Source of the DNA: an uncultured delta proteobacterium
GTDB lineage: Bacteria > Myxococcota_A > Polyangia > Polyangiales > JAFGIB01
Assembly (NCBI GenBank): GCA_963778655.1
Contig: CAVZVA010000012.1
Location: 96,001-160,000 of the forward strand
Length of the DNA: 64,000 nucleotides
Direction: 5' to 3'
Below the pieces are notes generated by a model that saw nothing but the letters and a program-made list of their open reading frames with translations, was not told the origin of the DNA and did no database searches. A program made the position numbers and the translations under genes. This document shows, in pieces, positions 18,883 to 29,299 of the stretch (position 1 is the stretch's first letter; each line of letters opens with the position of its first letter).

Positions 18883-19952
18883 AGATCCTGACCGCGATCG
18901 GCGCGCGGCCGCAGTTCATCAAGGCCGCCCCCGTGAGCGAGGCGCTGGCCCGCGCGGGCGCGCGCGAGGTGCTGGTGCACAGCGGACAGCACTACGACCA
19001 CGGCATGTCGCAGGTGTTCTTCGACGAGCTCGGTCTGCGGGAGCCGGACCTCAATCTCGGGGTCGGTTCTGGCTCCCACGCGGAGCAAACCGCCAGGATG
19101 CTGGTGGGCTTCGAGCAGGCGATCGCGCGCGAGCGTCCGGACGTGGTGATCGTTCACGGCGACACCAACTCCACGCTCGCCGCCGCCTTGGCCGCCGTCA
19201 AGCTCGGCGTCAAGGTCGCGCACAACGAGGCCGGGCTCAGATCGTTCAACCGCAGCATGCCGGAAGAGCACAACCGGGTGCTCACCGATCACTGCGCCGA
19301 CCTGCTGTTGTGTCCGACGCAGGCGGCGCGCGAACGGCTCGAGCAGGAGGGACTCGGCGACCGGGCGCACGTGATCGGAGACGTCATGTACGACGCGTGC
19401 CTGCGTTTTGCTGCGCTGGCCACCGCGCGCTCTCGCATTCTCGAGACGCTGGGCATCGCGCCTCGCGGCTATCTGCTGGCCACGCTGCACCGGCCCTACA
19501 CCGTCGATGCGCCGCTGCGGCTCGCCGGCGTCATGCGCGCGTTCGCGCGCCTGGATGGCGAAGTCGTGCTGCCGCGGCATCCGCGACTGGCGCTGCGGAT
19601 GCAGGAGCTCGGCATCGCCGCGCCGCCGAACGTGCGCGCGATCGAGCCGGTGGGCTACCTCGACATGGCGATGTTGGAGAAGAACGCGCGCCTCATCCTG
19701 ACCGACAGCGGGGGGGTGCAGAAGGAGGCGTACTTCTACGGCGTCCCTTGTTTGACCTTGCGGCCCGAAACCGAGTGGCGTGAAACCGTCGAGGCCGGTT
19801 GGAACCGGATCGTCGACGCCGACCAGGACGCCATCGTGCGCGCCGCCGGCGAGCGCATTTGGCCGGCGCAACGGCCGCAGCTGTTCGGCGACGGGCACGC
19901 GGCCGAGAAGCTGGTCGCCTTGCTGCCGTTGCTTGCAGCGAGACGTGACTGA
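18879..19952 (+). CDS. wecB: UDP-N-acetylglucosamine 2-epimerase, non-hydrolysing (WecB/WbpI type)
   Basis: GGAGG RBS; GARPQFIK, HSGQHYD, HGDTNST, EAGLRSFNRSMPEEHNR, TDSGGVQKEA. Confidence 0.95.
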   Translation: MKILTAIGARPQFIKAAPVSEALARAGAREVLVHSGQHYDHGMSQVFFDELGLREPDLNLGVGSGSHAEQTARMLVGFEQAIARERPDVVIVHGDTNSTLAAALAAVKLGVKVAHNEAGLRSFNRSMPEEHNRVLTDHCADLLLCPTQAARERLEQEGLGDRAHVIGDVMYDACLRFAALATARSRILETLGIAPRGYLLATLHRPYTVDAPLRLAGVMRAFARLDGEVVLPRHPRLALRMQELGIAAPPNVRAIEPVGYLDMAMLEKNARLILTDSGGVQKEAYFYGVPCLTLRPETEWRETVEAGWNRIVDADQDAIVRAAGERIWPAQRPQLFGDGHAAEKLVALLPLLAARRD

Positions 19953-20039
19953 CGCCGGCGGCGATCCGCGATTTGCCTCGCTATCGCCGCTGCTCTAGGG
20001 TACGCCGGATGGTCGGGGCTCCGCGCGGCCGAGTCGATC

Positions 20040-22136
20040 GTGCAACACACGGTTTCGTTTCTCCCTCAGGGCTACGGCTTGGCGCTGGCGAGCGTGGCCG
20101 CGTTCTGGCTGGCGCTGGCTCTGCCGGGTTACGTCCTGGTGCGGCGCCTGTGGCCGCGCGCGCTCGACGGCGGCGGTCCCAGCGCGTTGGCGCTCGGCTA
20201 CTTGTGGAGCTTTGCGCTGGCTGCGCCGCTGTGCGACCTGTGCTACGCGCTGCGCCTGCCGGTCGCGGTGCTGTCGGGCGCCCTGGTGCTGGGCGTGCTG
20301 GTCGCCCTTTGGCTGCTGTGGCGTGAGCGCCGATCCTTCACGTTCCGCCGCCCCTCGTGGGTGGCGCTCGCTGTCGCGACGATCGTGGCCGCCGATCTCT
20401 GGCTCGGCTTGCACACCGGGAGTAACTTCGGCGGCGACGGGCGCTATCACGCCTCGCGGGTGCGCATGCTGCTGGTCCACGGCTTCAACAGCTGGGATCC
20501 GCTGGTGCCGGGCGGACACTTCGACGCGATCTACCACAGCAACGTGTACCACGCGCTGATCGCGGCGAGCGCCCAGCTGGTCGGCCTGCAGGCACCCGCG
20601 GCGTGGGCATTCGCGTTGTTCTTCGGCAAGCTCGCTGCGACCACGGGCGTCTATCACGTCACGTGGACGGTGATCGGGCAGCGCTGGATCGCGTGGATCT
20701 CGAGCGCGATCTTCGTCGTCTACATGGCGGCGCTGTCGACGATCTCGTATCCGAACACGCTGGCCGTCTACTGGCTGTTGTTGGTCGGCATCGCATTTCT
20801 GGTCGAGGCGCTGCGTGGCGAGCGCGGCCTTTGGCCCGTGGCCGGTCTGGGCGCGACCGCGCTGGTGCTGCCCCAGGTGCATGCCCTTTACTACGTGTTC
20901 GCGTGCCTGGTGATCGGTCCGGTGCTGGCGGGTGCCTGGGCGCTGGCGCGCGCCGGGCGTCCGCTGCGTGCCTCGGCCAGACAACTGGGTTTGGCCGCCC
21001 TGGTGCTCGGGCTCGGCCTGCCGTGGTTCGTGGTGGGGCGGCTTGAGGCCAGGGCCGAAACCGCCCGGCCCGACGACGCCGCGGAGCAGCAAGACCCGCA
21101 CAGCGCCGATACCGACACCGATGCTGGTACCGAGGTGGACGCAGGCGCCGCGGGTGCGCACGCGGGCGCGGCCGGAGCGGGCGCGGCGGGTGCGTCCGCA
21201 GCGCCGCAGCGCCCGGCGCAGGCGAAGCTGCCCCGCTATGCCCGGGCCAACGCCAAGCGCAACCGAGGCTTCCTGCACCTGCCCAGTGGCCTCATGATGC
21301 TGGCCCCGCGCTCGCTGCTCAATCCCCGGGGCCAGCAGTTCCAGCTGCTGGTCATGCTGCTCGCTGGCATGCTGCTGAGCTCGCGACGGCGCGATATCTT
21401 GCCGGTGCTGGCTGTGATGGGGCTGGTCATGGCGATGCTGTATGTGCCGCCCGTGTGCACCGCGCTGATCGCGGTGGCCGGCGAGCCCTGGGTGGTGCGG
21501 CGCCTGTCGGCGGTGCCGGCCGCGCTGCACATCGCGCTGGCGCCCGCACTGCTTTGCTCATTGCTGGCGCAGCGCATTTCGGGCGGCTGGCTGCGCCTGG
21601 CGTGTTTCGCCGCGGCCCTGGCTTACGCCTACACGCAGGGCGTGGACTCCGGTGCCTGGAAGCGGGCCAAGTACCTGCGCCACGGCGTGTCCGGCAAGTC
21701 GCTGTACTTCGGGCTGCGCGGGCACGCGCGCCGGCGCGCGCTGTATGGCCGCGCCATCCCGTTCGACGCGACGATCGTCGTCAGCCCGCAGCGCAGCGGG
21801 GAGCTGGTCGTCGACTGCGACTGCTATCCGCTTGCGCTCGGGCTCGATCAGAGCAGCCATGGATTGCACGACCTCGACCAGCGGCGCGCGGACGTCGCGT
21901 CTGTGCTCGGGCGCGAGTCGGACTTGAGCACGAAGGTCGCGATCCTGCGCCACTACCACGTGGACCGCCTATACGTGCGCAGCTGGAAGGAGTATCGCGT
22001 GCTCTGGCACTTCTACCGCCACATGCTCGTGCGCACCGAGCGCTACCGTAAGGACCGGATCATGGTCCTCGATCTCGGCCGCGCCGGCGCCGCGATCGAA
22101 TGGCGGAAGCAAAGGAGCGCACGTCACCGGCACTGA
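20040..22136 (+). CDS. Polytopic GT-C-like membrane protein, paralogue of 27445..29286
   Basis: Many TM helices; GDGRYHASRVR...WDPLV...YHSNVYHALIAA; basic C-terminal soluble region. Confidence 0.65.
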   Translation: MQHTVSFLPQGYGLALASVAAFWLALALPGYVLVRRLWPRALDGGGPSALALGYLWSFALAAPLCDLCYALRLPVAVLSGALVLGVLVALWLLWRERRSFTFRRPSWVALAVATIVAADLWLGLHTGSNFGGDGRYHASRVRMLLVHGFNSWDPLVPGGHFDAIYHSNVYHALIAASAQLVGLQAPAAWAFALFFGKLAATTGVYHVTWTVIGQRWIAWISSAIFVVYMAALSTISYPNTLAVYWLLLVGIAFLVEALRGERGLWPVAGLGATALVLPQVHALYYVFACLVIGPVLAGAWALARAGRPLRASARQLGLAALVLGLGLPWFVVGRLEARAETARPDDAAEQQDPHSADTDTDAGTEVDAGAAGAHAGAAGAGAAGASAAPQRPAQAKLPRYARANAKRNRGFLHLPSGLMMLAPRSLLNPRGQQFQLLVMLLAGMLLSSRRRDILPVLAVMGLVMAMLYVPPVCTALIAVAGEPWVVRRLSAVPAALHIALAPALLCSLLAQRISGGWLRLACFAAALAYAYTQGVDSGAWKRAKYLRHGVSGKSLYFGLRGHARRRALYGRAIPFDATIVVSPQRSGELVVDCDCYPLALGLDQSSHGLHDLDQRRADVASVLGRESDLSTKVAILRHYHVDRLYVRSWKEYRVLWHFYRHMLVRTERYRKDRIMVLDLGRAGAAIEWRKQRSARHRH

Positions 22137-22154
22137 GTGCCGCTGCCCGTGCCG

Positions 22155-24518
22155 TCAGTCGAGGGCCCACACGGTGGCTTCGTGGATCGACCACGCGTGC
22201 CCCGCGACGCCGTCGAGCAGGTCGATGCGGATCGCGCGCGTGCGCGCGGGCCGGGCCAACACCACGCGGAACGTGAACGAGTTGGGGTGATACACCTGGT
22301 CGCTGTAGAATCGCAGGGTAGGCCGAGTGAACACCGGGTCGTAGCCGCCGTCCTCGCGCTGCACCGAGAGCGTGAAGGCGGCGGGCGCATCGAACGCGTT
22401 GGAGAAGTGGCGGAGCTCGAGCGCGGCCACGGTGTGCTCCTTGCCGAAATCGATCTCAAACCAGTCGCCGGCGAGCTGCGCGCGGCCAGTGCCCCAGCTG
22501 CTCCTCGGGTTGCCGTCCAGCGCCAAGCCCGCGAAGGCGCTCTGAACGCTCGCGCGCCCGCGCAGCTCGCTGCGCGCGAGCGGCCGTGCCTGCGGCGGCA
22601 CGCGTGGCGTGGAGAGCAGGGACATCGAGCTGTCGCGGGGCGGCAGGATCTCGTACACGTAGTCGCCGTCTGCGCCGAAACGCGCGCGATAGTCCTCTGG
22701 GCGCTTGTCGAGCCAGCTGCGGATGCGCGCGGCGCGCCCTGCGGAACGATATTCGCGGGTGTGGACGACCAGGAACTTGGCGCCCAGCGCTTGCAGCAAG
22801 TTTGTCAGGGTGGAGCGCGGAAAGCGGCGGCTCTCGTAGATGTAGGCGTACGTCACTGGAGGCATCCAGCTCGACTTACCGTCGATGGTGCGGCGGCGGT
22901 GAAACAACGACAGGTAGTCGTTGCGCGCGCCGTAGTAGCCCAGCGTATACGACGGAATGTTCGCGATCGGCTCCGGACCCCGGTGGGCCTGCAACCAGGC
23001 GTACACCGGTGGCAGCTTGGCGCGCGACGGGAGCCGGTTGAGCGGTATGGGCGCGTTGCGGAGCTCGAGCAACATCGCCGCAAGCAGCACGGGGAACCAG
23101 AGCAGACGCAATCGTCCTGCGCCGCCCAACAAGCGCGCGGCGCCGAAGCCAGCCAGCACGGCCAGCGCCAGCATGATCAAGATCTGGAAGCGGCTCACAT
23201 AGCGCATGCCGTCGAGCCCGGGCACGTGGCGATACAGGTATTCGTAGGGGCCCGTCATCGGCTCGCCGTGGACCGCGAAGGGCGTCGGGCCGAGGAACAG
23301 GAGCACCCCGAGCACTGCCATGCCCAGGTACAGCAGGGTGTCCGGAGGCAGCAGGCGTTCGCGCTTGCGCAGGCGCCACAGCACGAGGGCGGCAAGGCCG
23401 ACCGCGAGCGCCGGCACCAGATCGCTGAGCCACAGGCTCAGGCCGGCCGCGAGCAGGACGCCGACCGCGCTCAGCGCCAGCGTCTGCAGGTGGGCGACGC
23501 GGGCCGCGCGCGGGCCGCGCTTGAGTGCGCCGACCACCGGCATGACCAGCGCGAGCGATGCGAGCAGCAACAAGGTGAAGCCCGGAAAGGCGATCGGCTC
23601 GGTCGGCCCGCGTGCGTCGTCGCGCAGCGGCGCGAGCAGCTTGTTGTAGCTGTAGACCTTGGTGAAGTCCTCGATGCGCCCCGCGTACTTGGTCGCGAGG
23701 TTCTCGCTGCGCGTCAACGGGAAATCCTGGCGCGCGCGAAAGTAGGGATAGAGCATGCCAGCAACCGGCAGCGCGGTCAGCGCTGCGGCCACGCTGAGGT
23801 TGAGCAGCGTGGCGCGCGGCCGCGGCCGGTGGCGCAGCACCAGCCAGGTTCCGGCGAAGGTGCCGTAGAGCGCGAGAAACACCGCGTAATACAGACAGCT
23901 TCCCACCTGCAGCGCAAAGGCGAGCCCGAGCCCGAGCAGGTCGAGCAGGCGGCCGCTCTTGGCGCTGCGGTGCAGAAACAGCGCGAACAACGGCACCCAC
24001 TGCGCAGCCACCAGCTGGAGGCGACCCAGCTCGAACGCGATGTAGGGACAAAATGCGTAGCCGACGCCCGACAGCACGCCCGCAAGCGCGCTTCCGCTGA
24101 GCTCGCGCACCAACAGGTACATACAAAAGCCCGACAAGCTGATGCACAGCAGCAGCAACAGGTTGTAGGCGAGCAGCGGATCGCCGCTGGGCAGGTAGAA
24201 GGGCGCATACAATAGAGCGAGCGCGAAGTGGTCCTCGTTGTTGGCGATCGAGAACGGAGTCGGCGCGCAGAAGTAGTCGTCGTAGACGCTCTTGAGGCTG
24301 GAGCTCATCCCCAGCGCGTAGTGGACGCGCGATCCGAGCACCTGGATGTTGACCATCGAGTCGTAGAACCACTTGGCTCCGACGACGTGGGTCGACAGGT
24401 GCGCCGGGAGCGGCCAGGTCATCGCCACCGACAGCGCGCAGAAACCGAGCAGCGCGGCGACATGCCGTCGCAACCGCTGCGAGCGGCCGGCGATCGTGGA
24501 CAGGGAAGGAACCTTCAT
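22155..24518 (-). CDS. Polytopic GT-C-like membrane protein with C-terminal discoidin (F5/8C, CBM32-like) domain
   Basis: AMTWPLP, LAYNLLLL, GLDGMRYVSRF TM region; C-terminal ALDGNPRSSWGT...WFEIDFG...WSIHE. Confidence 0.7.
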   Translation of the reverse strand: MKVPSLSTIAGRSQRLRRHVAALLGFCALSVAMTWPLPAHLSTHVVGAKWFYDSMVNIQVLGSRVHYALGMSSSLKSVYDDYFCAPTPFSIANNEDHFALALLYAPFYLPSGDPLLAYNLLLLLCISLSGFCMYLLVRELSGSALAGVLSGVGYAFCPYIAFELGRLQLVAAQWVPLFALFLHRSAKSGRLLDLLGLGLAFALQVGSCLYYAVFLALYGTFAGTWLVLRHRPRPRATLLNLSVAAALTALPVAGMLYPYFRARQDFPLTRSENLATKYAGRIEDFTKVYSYNKLLAPLRDDARGPTEPIAFPGFTLLLLASLALVMPVVGALKRGPRAARVAHLQTLALSAVGVLLAAGLSLWLSDLVPALAVGLAALVLWRLRKRERLLPPDTLLYLGMAVLGVLLFLGPTPFAVHGEPMTGPYEYLYRHVPGLDGMRYVSRFQILIMLALAVLAGFGAARLLGGAGRLRLLWFPVLLAAMLLELRNAPIPLNRLPSRAKLPPVYAWLQAHRGPEPIANIPSYTLGYYGARNDYLSLFHRRRTIDGKSSWMPPVTYAYIYESRRFPRSTLTNLLQALGAKFLVVHTREYRSAGRAARIRSWLDKRPEDYRARFGADGDYVYEILPPRDSSMSLLSTPRVPPQARPLARSELRGRASVQSAFAGLALDGNPRSSWGTGRAQLAGDWFEIDFGKEHTVAALELRHFSNAFDAPAAFTLSVQREDGGYDPVFTRPTLRFYSDQVYHPNSFTFRVVLARPARTRAIRIDLLDGVAGHAWSIHEATVWALD

Positions 24519-24879
24519 CGCAAACCACGTCCGGTCCGACGCGGGCGCCGTGCGAGACCCGGACGGCGAAGGGCAGGGTAAGCGAGCGATCTCTCTGCCG
24601 GATGTCCCCGCCCTGGCGCTCGACCGAGGAGCGTTCGATCTGGACCCATGTACATGCGTGCGCTGGCTGCGTCAAGCCGCAGCGGCGGTTGCGGGCAAGC
24701 TTGCAGCGTGCCGGCCGCTCGATGGATGCGGCGAGCCGACGTGCTCGATCGAGACCCGTCGCGCATGGCAGCGTGCTGCCCAACGCCGAGCGCGCGGTGC
24801 TGCAACGCAAGTCTCAAACCGCGAGCCTTCGGATCACCTACCCGCTCTCCCCCAACCCCCTGTTCGATGCTAGCTTCCC

Positions 24880-27393
24880 GTGGTGAGCGACACGGCAGCC
24901 TCCGATTGGACTCACCGCTTGCCACCGGGCGCGTTCACCGATGTCGCGGTGCTCGCATACGCGCTGTGGACCGTCGCCGCCAACCTCGTAGTGGTGGCCG
25001 GGGGCACGGCGCGCGCGCTGGGGCTCGCCGCGTTGGCCGCGCTGTTGTTGTTGCTGCTGCTGCTGGCAGTCGGCCTGCGCGCGCGCGCCTGGCGCGTTGC
25101 CTACCTGGACGATCTGCGCGACGACCCCATGCTTCCCTCTCGCGTCCCCGCGCGGGGAGCGCTGGTCGCGATGCTGGCCGCGCCGGCGGCGTCGCTGCTG
25201 GGTTGGGTCGTCACCCACAATCCCTGGGTCGCCTGGCTGGGTTTCACGCTGTCGGCTGCGGTCGCGGCCTCGTTTGCCCTGCGCGAGCCGTTCCCGCCCG
25301 CTGACCAAGGCGAGCGCGTCTCCGCGCGCCTGGAGCCGCGCCGCGGCGAGCGCGCCGCGTTGTACCTGCTCGCGCTGGCCTGCGCCGCGTTCACCTTGCT
25401 CGCGGTGCGGCCGCGCGCGGACGACACCTTCTACCTGAGCATGGCGCAGTCGGTCATCGACTATCCCGGGCAGGCGCTGCTGCGTATCACGAATCTGCAC
25501 GGCCCGGTCACCGCCCTGCTCGGGCCTCAGCCGCTGTATCCGCCCTATCGCGTCCACAGCTTCGAGCTGCTCGGGGGCCTGATCGGCAAATGGAGCGGCC
25601 TCGAGCCCGCGGCGGTGATCCACTTCGGCTTCGCCACGGCGCTCAGCTGGCTCGCGCCCTTCGCGCTGGCGCGGCTGATGCGCTTGCTCGCGCCGCGGCG
25701 CTGGTTGCTCGGCGTGACGGCGGCCGTCGCATTCTACATGATCGATGGCTCGGCCTCGCGCGGCTTTGCCAATCACGCCTTCGTGCGCATGTTCGACGGC
25801 AAAGCCGCGCTGCTCACAGTCGGCGTTCCGCTTATCTGTGCCTACGGGCTGCGGGCAGGCGCGCGGCCATCGGCGCGTCGCGTGCTCATGCTCGCGCTCG
25901 CCCAGATCGCGGCCCTAGGGCTCTCCAGCACTGGCCTGTGGCTGGCGCCGACCCTGGCCATGGTTTCGGTGGTGGCAGCCACGCCGGCGTGGCGCTCGCT
26001 ACCCAGGCGCCTCGGCGCGAGCCTGCTGAGCTCGGCGTATGTGATCGCGATCGGGCTTTGGGTGCTCGGCGCGATGGGCGCCGGCGCGAGCGCCGTCAGC
26101 AGCGACGTCGACATCGCGAGCGATGCGCCCGAGCTGGCGCTTCCGGCTCGCACGGCCGGCCCGCAGCTGTCGCCGCGCTTCGCGGCGATCGGTGAGGCCG
26201 TTCCCGCCGTGCTCGGGCCGGAACGCACTGCAATCGGGTTGCTCGCGATCGCCCTGCTGGCCTGTCCGCTCGCACCGAACGTGCTCGGCTCGCGTTGGTT
26301 CTCCTTGCTCGCGCTCTTGGCCGGCGGGGTGTTCGGCAATCCGCTGCTCGCGGACGTGATGGCGCAGCACGTGGTTGGCACCGCGACCTACGAGCGCATC
26401 TTCTGGTTGCTGCCGGTCGCGGTCGGGCTCGGTGTCTGTTGCGTCACCCTCTATTCGTGGTCTCGGCGGCGACTCCCCGCGCCGCTGGCGGGCCTGCTGG
26501 TTGCCTGCGTGCTGCTGGGCTTCTTCGGGGCGACGACGACGCGCATGGTGATCAGCAAGGAGAACCGCAGCAAGCTGGCTTTCCCGCCGAAGCTCAAGCT
26601 GCCGCCGCACGCGCAGCGCATCGCCCGCGTGATCTGTACGCTCGCGCCGCGCGGCAAGTACGCGCTGGCGGCACAGAGCGTCCTGCAACAGCTGCCGATC
26701 CTGCACCGGTGCGCCTACCCGCTGATGACTTTCGATCGCTGGATGGTGGCCCCCGCTGGTGACAAGCTCGCGCGCGATGACCTGGTTCACTATGTGAGCC
26801 GGCCCGACGACGTGCCGCTGTCGCGTGCCGCCTGGTTCGTCGGCGCGCTCGAGCGTTACCACCCCGACGTCATCGTGCTGGCCCGCGAGGCCCGCGACAA
26901 CAGGAACACCCGTTCGCTGATTCGGCTGGCCGGCTACGAACGCGTCGACCACGTGGAAGGCGACGACGTCTTCGCGCGCACCTCCGGTCGCTCGAGCCGG
27001 CAGTACCAGCGCGTCGCCCGGGCGCTGTGCGATCTCGTAGGTGCGGGGGGCAGCGCGGTGGTCGTGGCTCCCTTCGGCGTCGCGGCCGTGCTCGAGCCGC
27101 TGGGTTGCTCCACCGTGCTGACCGCCCCGTCGCAGGTGATCGGCGCGTCCCAACCGCAGCTACGCGACTTGCTGCTGCTCGAGCGAGCGGCCTTCGTCGG
27201 CAGCCGTGACTCCCGGCTCGACCTGAGGCAGCTGGCGAGCCTGTTGCGGCAGCGCGAGGCGACCGCTCTGGTGCTGACGCGTGCGGCGCGGCGCGACCAC
27301 GCCCTGACCAAGCTGCTCTGGCAGCTCGACTTCAGGTCGGCGCGCGCACTGGCCGACGACAAGATCTACCTGCGCCGGGCGCCGGCCCCGTAG
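24880..27393 (+). CDS. Polytopic GT-C-like membrane protein (DUF6077-like), paralogue of 36403..38631
   Basis: RPRADDTFY, FVRMFDGKA, YERIFWLLPV; many TM helices. Confidence 0.65.
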   Translation: MVSDTAASDWTHRLPPGAFTDVAVLAYALWTVAANLVVVAGGTARALGLAALAALLLLLLLLAVGLRARAWRVAYLDDLRDDPMLPSRVPARGALVAMLAAPAASLLGWVVTHNPWVAWLGFTLSAAVAASFALREPFPPADQGERVSARLEPRRGERAALYLLALACAAFTLLAVRPRADDTFYLSMAQSVIDYPGQALLRITNLHGPVTALLGPQPLYPPYRVHSFELLGGLIGKWSGLEPAAVIHFGFATALSWLAPFALARLMRLLAPRRWLLGVTAAVAFYMIDGSASRGFANHAFVRMFDGKAALLTVGVPLICAYGLRAGARPSARRVLMLALAQIAALGLSSTGLWLAPTLAMVSVVAATPAWRSLPRRLGASLLSSAYVIAIGLWVLGAMGAGASAVSSDVDIASDAPELALPARTAGPQLSPRFAAIGEAVPAVLGPERTAIGLLAIALLACPLAPNVLGSRWFSLLALLAGGVFGNPLLADVMAQHVVGTATYERIFWLLPVAVGLGVCCVTLYSWSRRRLPAPLAGLLVACVLLGFFGATTTRMVISKENRSKLAFPPKLKLPPHAQRIARVICTLAPRGKYALAAQSVLQQLPILHRCAYPLMTFDRWMVAPAGDKLARDDLVHYVSRPDDVPLSRAAWFVGALERYHPDVIVLAREARDNRNTRSLIRLAGYERVDHVEGDDVFARTSGRSSRQYQRVARALCDLVGAGGSAVVVAPFGVAAVLEPLGCSTVLTAPSQVIGASQPQLRDLLLLERAAFVGSRDSRLDLRQLASLLRQREATALVLTRAARRDHALTKLLWQLDFRSARALADDKIYLRRAPAP

Positions 27394-27444
27394 CAGGCCG
27401 ATCCGTTCCCGACTCTGCGCGCTCTTTTGGGCGGCGATGGGCGG

Positions 27445-29286
27445 TCACTTCGCGGGGCGCACGCGGATCACCTTGAAGGTCGGCGTTTGTCCCAAGACCG
27501 GTCTTGCGTGCTCGAGCCAGCGGATGCGGTGCTGCTGGTACTCGATCGCGTACTCGATGCCGTAGCGGGACAGCAGGCGTTCTACCGAGCGCGCGTTGCG
27601 CGCGCTCATCAGCAGGTACATGTCTCGAGTGCGGTCCATCAGGTCAGGAACGCCATCGTGATTGCGCGACGAGCGGACGAAGCGCATGTCATAGAGCTTT
27701 GCGAGCTGACGCGCGGCCATGGGATGGGTGAGCACCGTGGCGCCGCGCGGGATGAGCCGCGCCAGCAAGGCCTGGTCGTCGCGAACCGAGCTGTCGACAT
27801 GGTCGGCCGTGGGATCCAGCTCCAGCTTGCGCAGTTGCTCTAGGGCGTACGCCAACGACTCGTGTCGCCCCTGCATGTTGAGGCCGATCCACAGGGTGCC
27901 GGAGGCCAGCAGCGGCATGCTCCAGCGCGCGGCGCGGACGCCGGCCAACGGTAGCGAGAGCCCCGCGCCGATCACCGCGGCGTAGGCGGCCTGGAGCACA
28001 CCGAGCGAACGTTCGAGGATCCAGGCGGTGCCGAGCCGGCTGGCGAGCAGGGTCGCCAGCGGCGGTGTGAACAGGATGGCCAGCAGTCCTCCAACCGCAG
28101 GCGCGAACGCGGCCATTCTGCGCGGCCGCCCGATGCACAACAGCGCGCTCGCGGCTAGAAGGGCAGCGAGCGTCAGAGGGCCTCTGGTGGCGCCGTTGAA
28201 AGGTAGGTAGATCTCGCCGTCGGTGTTGCGCTTCAGCGTTCTGACCCAGGCGTTGGGATTGTGCGCGGGCCTGACGGGCGGTCCTCTGTCGTAGTCGAAG
28301 TTCGCCTGAGCCGGGGGCTGGGTCTTGGCGACGTAGAGGAACGGCGCCGACAACGCGACTGCGAACAGCGTTGCGAACGCGACCTGCAGGGCGGGCCTGC
28401 GCCCTTCGCGACGTCGCATCCGTACCAGCGTGAGCGGTACGACCGCCAGAACGACCAACAGACCGAGGTAACCCGCATACAGGCCGTGGACTTGGGCGCT
28501 CACGAGCGCGCACGCGCCCAACGCCAACAGATGAAAGCGCGGGCGATCTTCGCTGACCGCGGCGACGCACGCGCCGAGCCCGAGCGGAACCAGCCAGCCG
28601 GGCCCGAGTCTGTTTGGGTACAGCGTCCAGTCGTTGTGCCAGAACCACGCCAGGTAGAGCAGCGCTCCGATCCACGCGCCCATCCTCGACGAGCCCAGCC
28701 GGCGTGCGAGCACGAATATGCCGCAGGCGAGCATCAGCTTCGACCAGGCCAGCGTATCGGACCAAAGCTCCAGGACGTCGACGCCGGTGAGCTGGCTGCC
28801 TGCGGCGAGCAGCGCGTGGTAGAGGTTGGTGTGGTAGGCGTGCAAGAAGCCGGTGCCCACGAAAGGGTCGGCGTTGGTCAGGCCGTGGTCGCGCAGGAAG
28901 CGAATGCGGGCGAGGTGAAAGTCGGCGTCGTTGTCCATGTGGGCGCCCGTGGCCGCCGCCTGGTACAACACCACCAGCAGCACGGCGGCCCCCGAGATCC
29001 CCACCACGTCTGGTCGCCCAATCGGCCACCAGTGCGCGCGCCGGCGTGCGAGGACCAAGAGCCCGCCTGCGACCAGGGCCGCGATCGCGCCGGAGAGCCA
29101 GCTCAAGGGGAGCTCGAGCCAGTAGCCGACTACGTTGAAGGGCGACAACAGGCAGAACGAGCCGAGGTACGCAAGCCCAAGCGCCTCGAGCGCGCCCATG
29201 CGTTCGTCGTCAGGTCCGTGCAGACAGCTCAGCGCCGCCAGTCCGGGGACCGCCAACGCGAGCCAAAACAGCCACACCAAGAGCAT
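27445..29286 (-). CDS. Polytopic GT-C-like membrane protein, paralogue of 20040..22136
   Basis: DADFHLARIR...ADPFV...YHTNLYHALLAA, LYPN, QVHGLY motifs shared with 20040..22136. Confidence 0.65.
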   Translation of the reverse strand: MLLVWLFWLALAVPGLAALSCLHGPDDERMGALEALGLAYLGSFCLLSPFNVVGYWLELPLSWLSGAIAALVAGGLLVLARRRAHWWPIGRPDVVGISGAAVLLVVLYQAAATGAHMDNDADFHLARIRFLRDHGLTNADPFVGTGFLHAYHTNLYHALLAAGSQLTGVDVLELWSDTLAWSKLMLACGIFVLARRLGSSRMGAWIGALLYLAWFWHNDWTLYPNRLGPGWLVPLGLGACVAAVSEDRPRFHLLALGACALVSAQVHGLYAGYLGLLVVLAVVPLTLVRMRRREGRRPALQVAFATLFAVALSAPFLYVAKTQPPAQANFDYDRGPPVRPAHNPNAWVRTLKRNTDGEIYLPFNGATRGPLTLAALLAASALLCIGRPRRMAAFAPAVGGLLAILFTPPLATLLASRLGTAWILERSLGVLQAAYAAVIGAGLSLPLAGVRAARWSMPLLASGTLWIGLNMQGRHESLAYALEQLRKLELDPTADHVDSSVRDDQALLARLIPRGATVLTHPMAARQLAKLYDMRFVRSSRNHDGVPDLMDRTRDMYLLMSARNARSVERLLSRYGIEYAIEYQQHRIRWLEHARPVLGQTPTFKVIRVRPAK

Positions 29287-29299
29287 CGACTTGTAGGCC

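Noticed and set aside
24602..24886. 94-aa ORF in a divergent intergenic region
   Set aside because: No RBS, motif or codon bias; more likely promoter DNA.
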